Positions 8,503 to 16,084 of a stretch of 45,247 nucleotides of DNA are shown in pieces. The stretch lies in the IMG/VR virus record IMGVR_UViG_3300045988_046511; one strand, 5' to 3'. Origin of the DNA: a virus. The translations under genes and the position numbers were made by a program. Position 1 is the first letter of the stretch, and each line of letters opens with the position of its first letter. The notes beneath the pieces are model-generated. The model searched no databases and had not been told where the DNA came from. It saw nothing but the letters and a program-made list of their open reading frames with translations.

Positions 8503-10395
8503 TTGTTCTTTCGCGGATATGTCGAAACCAAAGATAAACAGTGCGTGGAGAAGTTCAAGGGCAGGACGGACTTTAAGACCTATGAACAGGTGAAGTCTTT
8601 ACCAGAGTTCGCCGGGATTCTGGCAGAAGATACGATCCTTGTTGATCTGGACGATGGGGAAAGTTCGGATGTTCTGTTCAAAGTTGTTCAAGATTATTCT
8701 TTGAACTGCCGCGTTTATCGTACCACGCGGGGCAAGCACTTCTTGTTCAAAAATAGCGGCGTGGGCGGCTGTAAGACCCATTGCACCCTTGCAATCGGCT
8801 TGAAAGCTGATATTAAAGTGGGCGTGAAAAGTTCCTATGAAGTGCTTAAATACGGCGGTGTAGAGCGTGAAATCCTCTATGATACCGCCGAAAATGAGCA
8901 AGCGCAACCGCTCCCCCGATGGCTGTTCCCCGTCCGTAGCAAGATGGCGTTTCTTGATATGGAAGAGGGGGACGGACGAAATCAAGCCCTGTTCAATTAC
9001 ATTCTGACCCTGCAAAGCAATGATTTTACCGTGGAAGAAGCGCGGGAAACCATTCGGATCATCAATAAGTATGTGTTGAAAGTTCCACTGTCAGACAGCG
9101 AGATTGAAACTATCTTGCGGGATGATTCGTTCAAGAAACCCGTTTTCTACAACGGTAGCACGTTCTTGTTTGATAAGTTTGCTATCTTCCTGAAGAACAA
9201 CGCCCATATCATCAAGATCAATAATCAGTTGCACATTTATAAGGACGGTATCTATACCGCTGGATATGGCGAAATTGAAGCCGCCATGATTAAGCACATC
9301 CCCGATCTAAACCGTGCAAAGCGGTCTGAAGTCGTTGATTATCTTGATCTGTTGATTCGGGATAACACCAAACCAGAGGACGCGCACCTAATCGCCTTTA
9401 AGAACGGCCTGTATAACATCATTGACGGTTCTTTTGCAGGCTTTACCCCGGAACACATTATCACCAATAAGATTCCTTGGGATTACACGCCGGGGGCTTA
9501 TTGCGAACTGGCAGATAAGACCCTTGATAATATCGCTTGCCATGATTCACAGGTGCGTTTACTGTTAGAAGAAGCTATCGGCTATTGCTTCTATCGCTGG
9601 AATGAGCTAGGCAAGGCTTTTATCCTGACAGGTGACAAAAGCAACGGTAAATCAACTTATCTGTCTATGGTGCAGAATCTTTTAGGTGAAGAAAACATTT
9701 GCGCTCTGGACTTGAAAGAACTTGGAGATCGCTTCAAAACTGCTGAGATGTTCGGTAAATTGGCGAACATTGGCGACGACATAGGCGATGAGTTTATAGC
9801 AAACCCCGCCGTTTTTAAGAAGCTGGTAACGGGTGATCGCGTGTCTGCTGAACGCAAGGGGCAAAACCCGTTTGAGTTCAACAACTATTCAAAGTTCTTG
9901 TTTTCTGCAAACCAGATTCCCCGTATCAAGGACAAAACGGGCGCAGTTCAGCGGCGTTTGGTTATTATCCCGTTCGATGCCAATTTTTCAAAGGATAAGG
10001 CGGGCTTTGATCCCACCATCAAGCATAAGCTGAAATCCCCTGAAACAATGGAATATCTTATCAATCTTGGGCTTGCTGGCCTGAAGCGCATTCTTGAAAA
10101 TCGTGGTTTCACCGATTCGGACAAGGTAAAGAAAGCTCTGGACGAATACGAGGAAGATAACAACCCGATTTTGGGCTTTTTCAAAGAGTGCGAGGATGAA
10201 GATTTTCATATTGAAGATAACACGACTGATCTTGTTTATTCGCGGTATCAAGAATACTGCTTAGCTAACAACTTACAGGCTATGAGCAAAACCGCCTTTT
10301 CCCGGCAGATCGCCCGAAATCTGCATCTTCACACAGAGGTTAGGCGGATCGGAAAAAAGACAGCCCGGTTTTATGTTGCAGGGGATCAAAAATAA
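8503..10395 (+). CDS. bifunctional primase-polymerase / P4-family primase-helicase
   Basis: N-terminal prim-pol-like region (LVDLDD...RGKHFLF). AFKNGLYNI motif. Walker A ILTGDKSNGKSTYLSM. The D5/P4-type C-terminal half is typical of phage/plasmid primases. Confidence 0.8.
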   Translation: MFFRGYVETKDKQCVEKFKGRTDFKTYEQVKSLPEFAGILAEDTILVDLDDGESSDVLFKVVQDYSLNCRVYRTTRGKHFLFKNSGVGGCKTHCTLAIGLKADIKVGVKSSYEVLKYGGVEREILYDTAENEQAQPLPRWLFPVRSKMAFLDMEEGDGRNQALFNYILTLQSNDFTVEEARETIRIINKYVLKVPLSDSEIETILRDDSFKKPVFYNGSTFLFDKFAIFLKNNAHIIKINNQLHIYKDGIYTAGYGEIEAAMIKHIPDLNRAKRSEVVDYLDLLIRDNTKPEDAHLIAFKNGLYNIIDGSFAGFTPEHIITNKIPWDYTPGAYCELADKTLDNIACHDSQVRLLLEEAIGYCFYRWNELGKAFILTGDKSNGKSTYLSMVQNLLGEENICALDLKELGDRFKTAEMFGKLANIGDDIGDEFIANPAVFKKLVTGDRVSAERKGQNPFEFNNYSKFLFSANQIPRIKDKTGAVQRRLVIIPFDANFSKDKAGFDPTIKHKLKSPETMEYLINLGLAGLKRILENRGFTDSDKVKKALDEYEEDNNPILGFFKECEDEDFHIEDNTTDLVYSRYQEYCLANNLQAMSKTAFSRQIARNLHLHTEVRRIGKKTARFYVAGDQK

Positions 10396-10545
10396 AGAGG
10401 TGAATACTTTGATCTTTACCGAGAGAGAGAACAGCATGGTTACTTCGTTGGTAACAGGCGCAACCGGGATGCTGAAACACACGACTATTACGCCACTGAG
10501 CCAAAGGCAACAGAAATTTTACTTGAGCAAGAACGCTTTGCCCCG

Positions 10546-10989
10546 GTGGTGTGGGAGTGTGCTTGTGGTGAGGGGCATATTTCTAAAGTGCTTGAATCGC
10601 ACGGGTACGATGTTGTTAGCACCGATTTAGTATACCGTGGATATGGCCGTTTGAATCCGTGCGATTTTTTATTAGAAAATGTTGTGGATTTCAGCGGCGA
10701 TATTATTACAAACCCGCCTTATAAACACGCCCTTGAATTTGTTGAACACGCTTTGAACATCGTTCAGCAGGGGCGTAAAGTTGCAATGTTTTTGAAGCTA
10801 ACTTTTCTTGAGGGAAAAGCCCGCAAAGCGTTCTTCCTGAAGAATCCGCCCAAAGTCGTATATGTTAGTTCTTCCCGGCTGGAATGTGGGAAGAACGGCA
10901 AATTTGAAAGCAAAAACGCTGTTGCGTATGCGTGGTTCGTATGGGAAAAGGGCTTTAGCGGTGATCCTATTATCAAATGGATAAATTGA
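10546..10989 (+). CDS. N6-adenine DNA methyltransferase (NPPY), N-terminus unresolved
   Basis: WECACGEGHI (SAM-binding motif I-like) and ITNPPY (motif IV). Protein-like sequence HDYYATEPKATEILLEQERF continues upstream in the same frame back to the stop at 10393-10395, with no start codon. See the finding at 10396-10989. Confidence 0.65.
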   Translation: MVWECACGEGHISKVLESHGYDVVSTDLVYRGYGRLNPCDFLLENVVDFSGDIITNPPYKHALEFVEHALNIVQQGRKVAMFLKLTFLEGKARKAFFLKNPPKVVYVSSSRLECGKNGKFESKNAVAYAWFVWEKGFSGDPIIKWIN

Positions 10990-11003
10990 AAGGATGTATC
11001 ACA

Positions 11004-11468
11004 ATGGCAACTAATCTGATTTATAATCTTCCGAAAGCGGAAATTTTGGCACAGCTTGCGGAAGAAACGTCCGAATTGGCACAGGCGGCTTTGAAGTTGC
11101 GCCGTGCTATTGACAAGGAGAATCCCACGCCCAAAAGTCAGGCAGAAGCAACGGATGATCTGATTGAAGAGATTGCAGATGTCCAGCTTTGCCTTGAGGT
11201 TCTCTTTTACGATTCTAATCTGGATGACCTTGATGACAAGATTACCCTCGCCAAAGCCACTAAAAAGGAACGGTGGGGAAAACGACTTGAAGCCGCAAAG
11301 ATGAAATCCTATGTGGTTTCCGTTGGTGTTGAGGGAGATATTTTTGAAACGATACTTCTTACGGCGATTAGCCCGGAATCGGCTAAATCTATGGCAAAGA
11401 AGTTGTACAGCAACAAGTACCCATCTATTCCCCAAAATCAGATTTTAACTGATATTGAGGGGTGCTAA
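11004..11468 (+). CDS. MazG-like nucleotide pyrophosphohydrolase
   Basis: LAEETSELAQAALK and LIEEIADVQLCL match the MazG EExxE...ExxD helices. ATG 11004 follows GAAAGGA. Confidence 0.65.
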   Translation: MATNLIYNLPKAEILAQLAEETSELAQAALKLRRAIDKENPTPKSQAEATDDLIEEIADVQLCLEVLFYDSNLDDLDDKITLAKATKKERWGKRLEAAKMKSYVVSVGVEGDIFETILLTAISPESAKSMAKKLYSNKYPSIPQNQILTDIEGC

Positions 11469-11469
11469 A

Positions 11470-11898
11470 ATGACAGGGCATAAGTATTCAACTAAGTTCA
11501 AGAAAAACGTGAACTTGCCGTATGCAAAGGTAGGCAAACAGGTTTTTAGAAGCCTACACGATGCCGAAACCTATTGTGGAGAAAACGGCCTTGACCCGGA
11601 TTCAGCGATTGAATACGGGAACGATCCAAACCTTAGAAGCCAATGTGCGGAAATTGCCAAATATCAAAAAGCCGTTCTTCGCCGTACTGAAAGCAAAATC
11701 CGAAAGCAGATTGAAAAGTTAAGAGCGGATATTGAAAGGGATAGCGAAAAGCTGAAATCCTGTCACCATCTGGATGAACGATCTTGCGAGGATAGGTTAC
11801 ATGAAGATGTTGCCAAACATACGGCAATGTATGACGCGCTAAAAATTGTTTCCGATATGGTTACAGAACTTGAATGGTTATCCAACTGGAAAGATTGA
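11470..11898 (+). CDS. hypothetical protein
   Basis: ATG 11470 lies after GAGGGG. In frame with track ORF 11455-11898. Confidence 0.55.
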   Translation: MTGHKYSTKFKKNVNLPYAKVGKQVFRSLHDAETYCGENGLDPDSAIEYGNDPNLRSQCAEIAKYQKAVLRRTESKIRKQIEKLRADIERDSEKLKSCHHLDERSCEDRLHEDVAKHTAMYDALKIVSDMVTELEWLSNWKD

Positions 11899-11909
11899 AA
11901 GGACTGACT

Positions 11910-12125
11910 ATGAACAATCCGGCTAATCCCAAATGCAACGCAGAGGGGTATAACGATCCCACGGCGTTTTATGGTACGCAGAAAATCGTTCGGGAAGAAT
12001 CGGAAACCGAACGGCGGGCGAATGAACTTATCAAGGTGTTAAAGTTCATTATTCGTTCAACTGGCTTTGAACTGATTGAACGTGTTAAGATTCGTGACGT
12101 GAAAACGGGAAAGGAATTCAGATAA
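11910..12125 (+). CDS. hypothetical small phage protein
   Basis: ATG 11910 lies after GAAAGGA. The AEGYNDPTA motif recurs in small Firmicutes phage proteins (from memory). Confidence 0.5.
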   Translation: MNNPANPKCNAEGYNDPTAFYGTQKIVREESETERRANELIKVLKFIIRSTGFELIERVKIRDVKTGKEFR

Positions 12126-12301
12126 TGAACATTGATGAACGCTATCGGGCGGCAGAGGGTGAAGCCCAACTTGAGTACATCAAGCAGTGGAGAGAGCGCA
12201 AGCGCAAGAAAAAGGACAGGCGCAAAGACTATTGGATGGAGGCCGTTTGGCATTTACGGATGTTCTTTGATATGCTCTTTAAGTTCGTTAAGGGGGAATG
12301 A
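12125..12301 (+). CDS. hypothetical 58-aa basic protein (below the ORF-track cutoff)
   Basis: ATG 12125 overlaps the upstream TAA. Its stop (12299-12301) overlaps the next ATG (12298) as ATGA, so it is translationally coupled on both sides. Confidence 0.45.
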   Translation: MNIDERYRAAEGEAQLEYIKQWRERKRKKKDRRKDYWMEAVWHLRMFFDMLFKFVKGE

Positions 12302-12555
12302 AAATGGGGATGCTTGCACAAATCAGTGACGCGGTAAACGCCGCTTTTGCAGAGTATAAGAAAGAGTTTGGAGAGAACGCCCAAATCACCGATGGTACGG
12401 AGTTTGTCACGGTGTTCAATAACTGTGCGCTGATCGTTCGGGCAGAGGGTGACACGCTCAAAACGGAGTTTATCGGTGGCAAGCCGTATCAAGTAGATAT
12501 GAGCCTTGCAATCTATGATGAGGTGGAAAAGAATGGACAGATTCAAATTGACTAA
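12298..12555 (+). CDS. hypothetical protein
   Basis: 85-aa ORF with GGGGGAATGA coupling to the preceding ORF. Confidence 0.55.
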   Translation: MKMGMLAQISDAVNAAFAEYKKEFGENAQITDGTEFVTVFNNCALIVRAEGDTLKTEFIGGKPYQVDMSLAIYDEVEKNGQIQID

Positions 12556-13096
12556 GCAGGATCGGATCAATCAGTATAAAATCATCATGTACAACGTGGA
12601 GGGTGATTTGGAATACTACACCCGCCCCGATACCGTGCGGCGGCTTGATGAAATGGGATTCTTCGATGCGCCCGCTTCGATCAATCACCACGGCGCATAC
12701 AGCGGCGCACTGTTCGATCATTCTCTTGCCGTTACGGGTGCTTTGCTGGACTATACGGACAAGATGGGCTTGACGTGGAGCGATGCGAGAAGCCCTTACA
12801 TTGTTGGTATGTTCCACGATCTGTGCAAGTGCGATAATTATAAAGTGGTGGATGGAAAATGGAAGTATAACCCGAATATGATTCTTCCAGGCCACGGCGA
12901 AAAGTCGATCATCATGCTTCAGAATATCACCCCCGATGCTTTGACAAATGAAGAGATTGCTTGCATCCGCTGGCACATGGGCGCGTTTGATGATCGGAAT
13001 AATTGGGAGTATTACACCCGTGCCGTTGCAAAGTTTCCGAATGTCATGTACACCCATGCGGCAGATATGGCGGCGGCATACATTGTGGGGGTGTAA
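12533..13096 (+). CDS. HD-domain metal-dependent phosphohydrolase
   Basis: INHHGAYSGALFDHSLAV (H) followed by VGMFHDLCK (HD), later LPGHGEKS and IRWHMGAFD. ATG 12533 follows GAGGTGG. Confidence 0.7.
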   Translation: MDRFKLTKQDRINQYKIIMYNVEGDLEYYTRPDTVRRLDEMGFFDAPASINHHGAYSGALFDHSLAVTGALLDYTDKMGLTWSDARSPYIVGMFHDLCKCDNYKVVDGKWKYNPNMILPGHGEKSIIMLQNITPDALTNEEIACIRWHMGAFDDRNNWEYYTRAVAKFPNVMYTHAADMAAAYIVGV

Positions 13097-13099
13097 ATT

Positions 13100-13357
13100 T
13101 TGATTGGTTTACTTCAAAATGTTTTCGAGCTGGCAAAGAATATAGTTGGCTGTGCAGGACTTCTTTATTTCTTTTTGATCCTTGTGGGTAAGGTGCTGGA
13201 TGCGGCAGATAACGTAAAACAGAAGTTGCGTTCTCTGAGAAAACGAGGGAGAGCGTACCGGGAATACAAACGCCTATATAATGACTTCTGTACTTACAGA
13301 ACGGATTTGGAACATTGGCGAGAGATGCACGAAAGGTGGGCTAAGGGTGATAAGTAA
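13100..13357 (+). CDS. hypothetical membrane protein
   Basis: 85-aa ORF with a hydrophobic segment GCAGLLYFFLILVG followed by a basic tail. Confidence 0.45.
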   Translation: MIGLLQNVFELAKNIVGCAGLLYFFLILVGKVLDAADNVKQKLRSLRKRGRAYREYKRLYNDFCTYRTDLEHWREMHERWAKGDK

Positions 13358-13520
13358 CAGGCTTTGTAAAGACTGCTTGCATTGCAAGAGCAAACAGACG
13401 GGCGTTGTGACGTTCCGTTATTGGTGCGAGATCACAAAAGTGGGCGTTCGCCCGTGGATGGAAAAGCCGCACCCCAAATGCCCGCTCAAGAGTGGCAGGG
13501 CGGGACGCTTTGAAAGTTAA
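13347..13520 (+). CDS. hypothetical Cys-rich small protein
   Basis: GTG 13347 lies after AAAGGTGG. Contains CKDCLHC...C...C spacing. It is the last ORF before a 278-bp AT-rich gap. Confidence 0.35.
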   Translation: MISNRLCKDCLHCKSKQTGVVTFRYWCEITKVGVRPWMEKPHPKCPLKSGRAGRFES

Positions 13521-13650
13521 GATTCAAATTGTTACACTGATTTTCACAAGTGTTTCATAAGTGTTTCTATTTTTGAACGATTAAACGTATTTGTTACGTT
13601 TGTTTCGATTTGTACACTTATTTTGAAGTTTTTTATATATTGATGCTCTT

Positions 13651-13697
13651 GTTGCGTCATTGTGTGACGGCGCAACATATAAAAAATAATATATAAT
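13651..13697 (+). promoter_or_regulatory. palindrome GTTGCG-N14-CGCAAC followed after 15 nt by TATAAT (copy 1 of a duplicated promoter-like element)
   Basis: GTTGCG 13651-13656, CGCAAC 13671-13676, TATAAT 13692-13697. It lies about 100 nt upstream of GTG 13799. The same architecture occurs on the minus strand at 41092-41138. Confidence 0.5.
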
Positions 13698-13798
13698 AGT
13701 AAATAGGGGGTGCGTAACCGAAACGTGAAACACGAAATTTTAGAAAAATAACGATAATTCGTTAAGCTAGTGTTACGCAAAGAAAAGAGGTTTGAGAA

Positions 13799-14221
13799 GT
13801 GACGGCGAAAGAGTATTTACAACAGCTTGAACGCGCGGATGTTATCATAGAGCAGAAGATGAAAGAACAGGCCGATCTTGAAGAACTGTCTAAGTGCGTT
13901 CGGGCGATTGATTACGGCAAGGATCGCGTTTCGTCCAGCGGTACAGGCGATGCCCCGTTTGTAAACCCGGTGCTGAAAATCGTGATGCTTGAGCAGGAGA
14001 TCAACGCTGAAATTGACAAGTATGTTGACCTGAAGCGCAAGATCACGGGCGAGATTCAAAGTTTGCAAGACCCGCAGTTCATCAAGGTGCTGTTTAAGCG
14101 ATATGTTGAGTATAAGGGCTTTGATGATATAGCTAAAGATTTGAAGTGTTCGGAACGCAATGTTTACACGATCCACGGACAGGCACTAAAGGATTTCACA
14201 GAAAAAGTTTTGAAAATGTAA
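13799..14221 (+). CDS. DUF1492-like / sigma-70 region-4-like late transcriptional regulator
   Basis: First gene after the long AT-rich gap and immediately upstream of terS. C-terminal FKRYVEYKGFDDIAKDLKCSERNVYTIHGQALKDF resembles a sigma region 4 HTH. Confidence 0.6.
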   Translation: MTAKEYLQQLERADVIIEQKMKEQADLEELSKCVRAIDYGKDRVSSSGTGDAPFVNPVLKIVMLEQEINAEIDKYVDLKRKITGEIQSLQDPQFIKVLFKRYVEYKGFDDIAKDLKCSERNVYTIHGQALKDFTEKVLKM

Positions 14222-14240
14222 AAAGTTGCAGTCTTTTTCA

Positions 14241-14270
14241 TTGAACTTCATGTGTCAAGTGTGATAAAAT
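14241..14270 (+). promoter_or_regulatory. sigma-70-like promoter: TTGAAC, 18-nt spacer, extended -10 TGATAAAAT
   Basis: TTGAAC at 14241-14246. TG at 14262-14263 and TAAAAT at 14265-14270. Confidence 0.45.
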
Positions 14271-14284
14271 ATATAATGCAAGAA

Positions 14285-14318
14285 GCCGTAAAAGAAAACC
14301 TTTTACGGCTTTTTCTTT
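14285..14318 (+). terminator. intrinsic terminator between the late regulator gene and terS
   Basis: Stem GCCGTAAAAG (14285-14294) / CTTTTACGGC (14300-14309), 5-nt loop, then TTTTTCTTTT. Confidence 0.7.
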
Positions 14319-14394
14319 TGCCCGGTGAATCATCGTAACTGATCGTAGGCAGTCAGTAATCTTCCGTTCGCTGGGCTTATTTTGTTTTAAGGGG

Positions 14395-14847
14395 GTGAAT
14401 ATCTTGAACGAAAGGCAACAGCGATTTTGTGATGAATATTTGATTGACTGCAACGCTGTACAGGCGGCAATCCGAGCGGGGTATTCGCCTAAGACTGCCC
14501 GTTTTGCGGCAGAATGGATAAATGAGCGAAACCCACAAAAACCTACTTCAAAGTTCAACGCCGAAATGAAAGCCTATATTGACGCAAAACTTGAAGCAAT
14601 GCACAACGCAAAAACAGCGGATGCACAGGAAGTTTTGGAGTATCTAACCTCTGTAATGCGAGGGGAACACAAAGAACAGGTGCTAAAGCTGATTGGTGAC
14701 GGTGTGCAAACGATCTCTGATATTGACGTTGGGGCTAAAGACCGTATCAAGGCCGCTGAACTGATTGGCAAGCGGTACGGAATGTTCAAGGATGGGCTTG
14801 CTGTTGAAGTCGAGCCTATCACACTGATAAACGACTTAGCGGAATGA
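14395..14847 (+). CDS. terS: terminase small subunit (P27/Terminase_2 type)
   Basis: ERQQRFCDEYLIDCNAVQAAIRAGYSPKTA is the typical N-terminal HTH of this family. It overlaps terL by ATGA. Confidence 0.85.
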   Translation: MNILNERQQRFCDEYLIDCNAVQAAIRAGYSPKTARFAAEWINERNPQKPTSKFNAEMKAYIDAKLEAMHNAKTADAQEVLEYLTSVMRGEHKEQVLKLIGDGVQTISDIDVGAKDRIKAAELIGKRYGMFKDGLAVEVEPITLINDLAE

Positions 14848-16073
14848 AGATTTCATTACAGAAAGCCGTAGGGCGCGGCTATGTGGACTTCTGGAACACG
14901 AAAGCCCGATACCGTGTGTGTAAGGGTAGCCGTGGATCGAAAAAGAGCAAAACAACTGCACTGAATATGATTTATCGCCTGTTTCAATATCCAGAGAGCA
15001 ACGGCCTTTGTGTTCGGCGTTTTTCAAACACTTTGCGCGATTCCGTGTTTTCGGATTTGAAATGGGCTATTCATAAGCTGGGAGTGGATGCGTATTTTGA
15101 TTGCACCGTGTCACCTATGCAGATCACCCGGCGTTCAACCGGGCAGAAGATTCTTTTTCGCGGTCTGGACGATGGCTTGAAAATAACCTCTATTTCCGTT
15201 GATAAGGGCGTTCTGTGCTGGGTATGGATAGAAGAAGCCTATGAGATCAGCAATGAGGATGATTTCAACAAGCTAGATATGTCAATCCGTGGTGAAGTTC
15301 CACCGGGGTACTTCAAACAGCTTACACTTACGTTCAACCCGTGGAGTGCAACAAGCTGGTTGAAGCCCCGGTTTTTCGATACGCCGGATGATACAGTGTT
15401 TACCAAAACTACAACATGGGAGTGTAACGAATGGCTTGATGATGCAGACCGCAACATTTTCTTGAAAATGAAAGAAAACAATCCCCGCCGCTATCGCATT
15501 GAGGGCGCAGGGGATTGGGGCATTGCGGACGGCCTGATTTACACCAACGTCATTGTTGAAAACTTCGATGTTGACCAAATCCGGGCTATCCCCGGTATCA
15601 AATCCGCATTCGGCCTTGACTTTGGCTTTACTGATCCTAACGCTTTTACCGCTTGCATGGTGGATAACACCGCTATGAAAATCTATGTTTTTGATGAGTG
15701 GTATAAAACGGGGGTTACGAACAAGATCATAGCCGAACAGATCAAGCGCATGGGGTACGGTGGTCAACGCCTTATCTGTGATTCCGCCGAGCCAAAATCC
15801 ATTGCAGAATTGCAAGATGAGGGGCTGAGGGCTGAATCTTCCCGAAAAGGCAAAGACAGCGTAAACCACGGCATACAGCTGATTCAAAACTATCAGATTG
15901 TGGTGCATCCCCGGTGCGTGGAGTTCAAGAAAGAGATAGATAACTATTGTTGGGCGAAAGGCACAGACGGAAAGCCCACGGACAAGCCGGATCACGAATT
16001 TTCGCACGGTATGGATTCGATGCGGTACGCCGTTACCAAAGTGCTTATGCCTGATACATTCAGCTTTGATTAA
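14844..16073 (+). CDS. terL: terminase large subunit (PBSX type)
   Basis: Walker A-like KGSRGSKKSKT. Size (409 aa) and position between terS and the portal gene. Confidence 0.85.
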   Translation: MKISLQKAVGRGYVDFWNTKARYRVCKGSRGSKKSKTTALNMIYRLFQYPESNGLCVRRFSNTLRDSVFSDLKWAIHKLGVDAYFDCTVSPMQITRRSTGQKILFRGLDDGLKITSISVDKGVLCWVWIEEAYEISNEDDFNKLDMSIRGEVPPGYFKQLTLTFNPWSATSWLKPRFFDTPDDTVFTKTTTWECNEWLDDADRNIFLKMKENNPRRYRIEGAGDWGIADGLIYTNVIVENFDVDQIRAIPGIKSAFGLDFGFTDPNAFTACMVDNTAMKIYVFDEWYKTGVTNKIIAEQIKRMGYGGQRLICDSAEPKSIAELQDEGLRAESSRKGKDSVNHGIQLIQNYQIVVHPRCVEFKKEIDNYCWAKGTDGKPTDKPDHEFSHGMDSMRYAVTKVLMPDTFSFD

Positions 16074-16084
16074 CTGGAAAGGGG

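Noticed and set aside
10373-10630. 85-aa ORF overlapping the primase end and the methyltransferase start
   Set aside because: It has no recognisable product, and the alternative frame carries methyltransferase-like sequence over the same bases. It is interpreted as the out-of-frame remnant that provides the upstream ATGs (see the methyltransferase finding).
13544-13780. 78-aa minus-strand ORF in the AT-rich gap before the late regulator gene
   Set aside because: It lies wholly within the duplicated regulatory region, has an AT-rich codon-poor composition, and is the only minus-strand ORF in a 39-kb + strand block. It is more likely a promoter/leader region.
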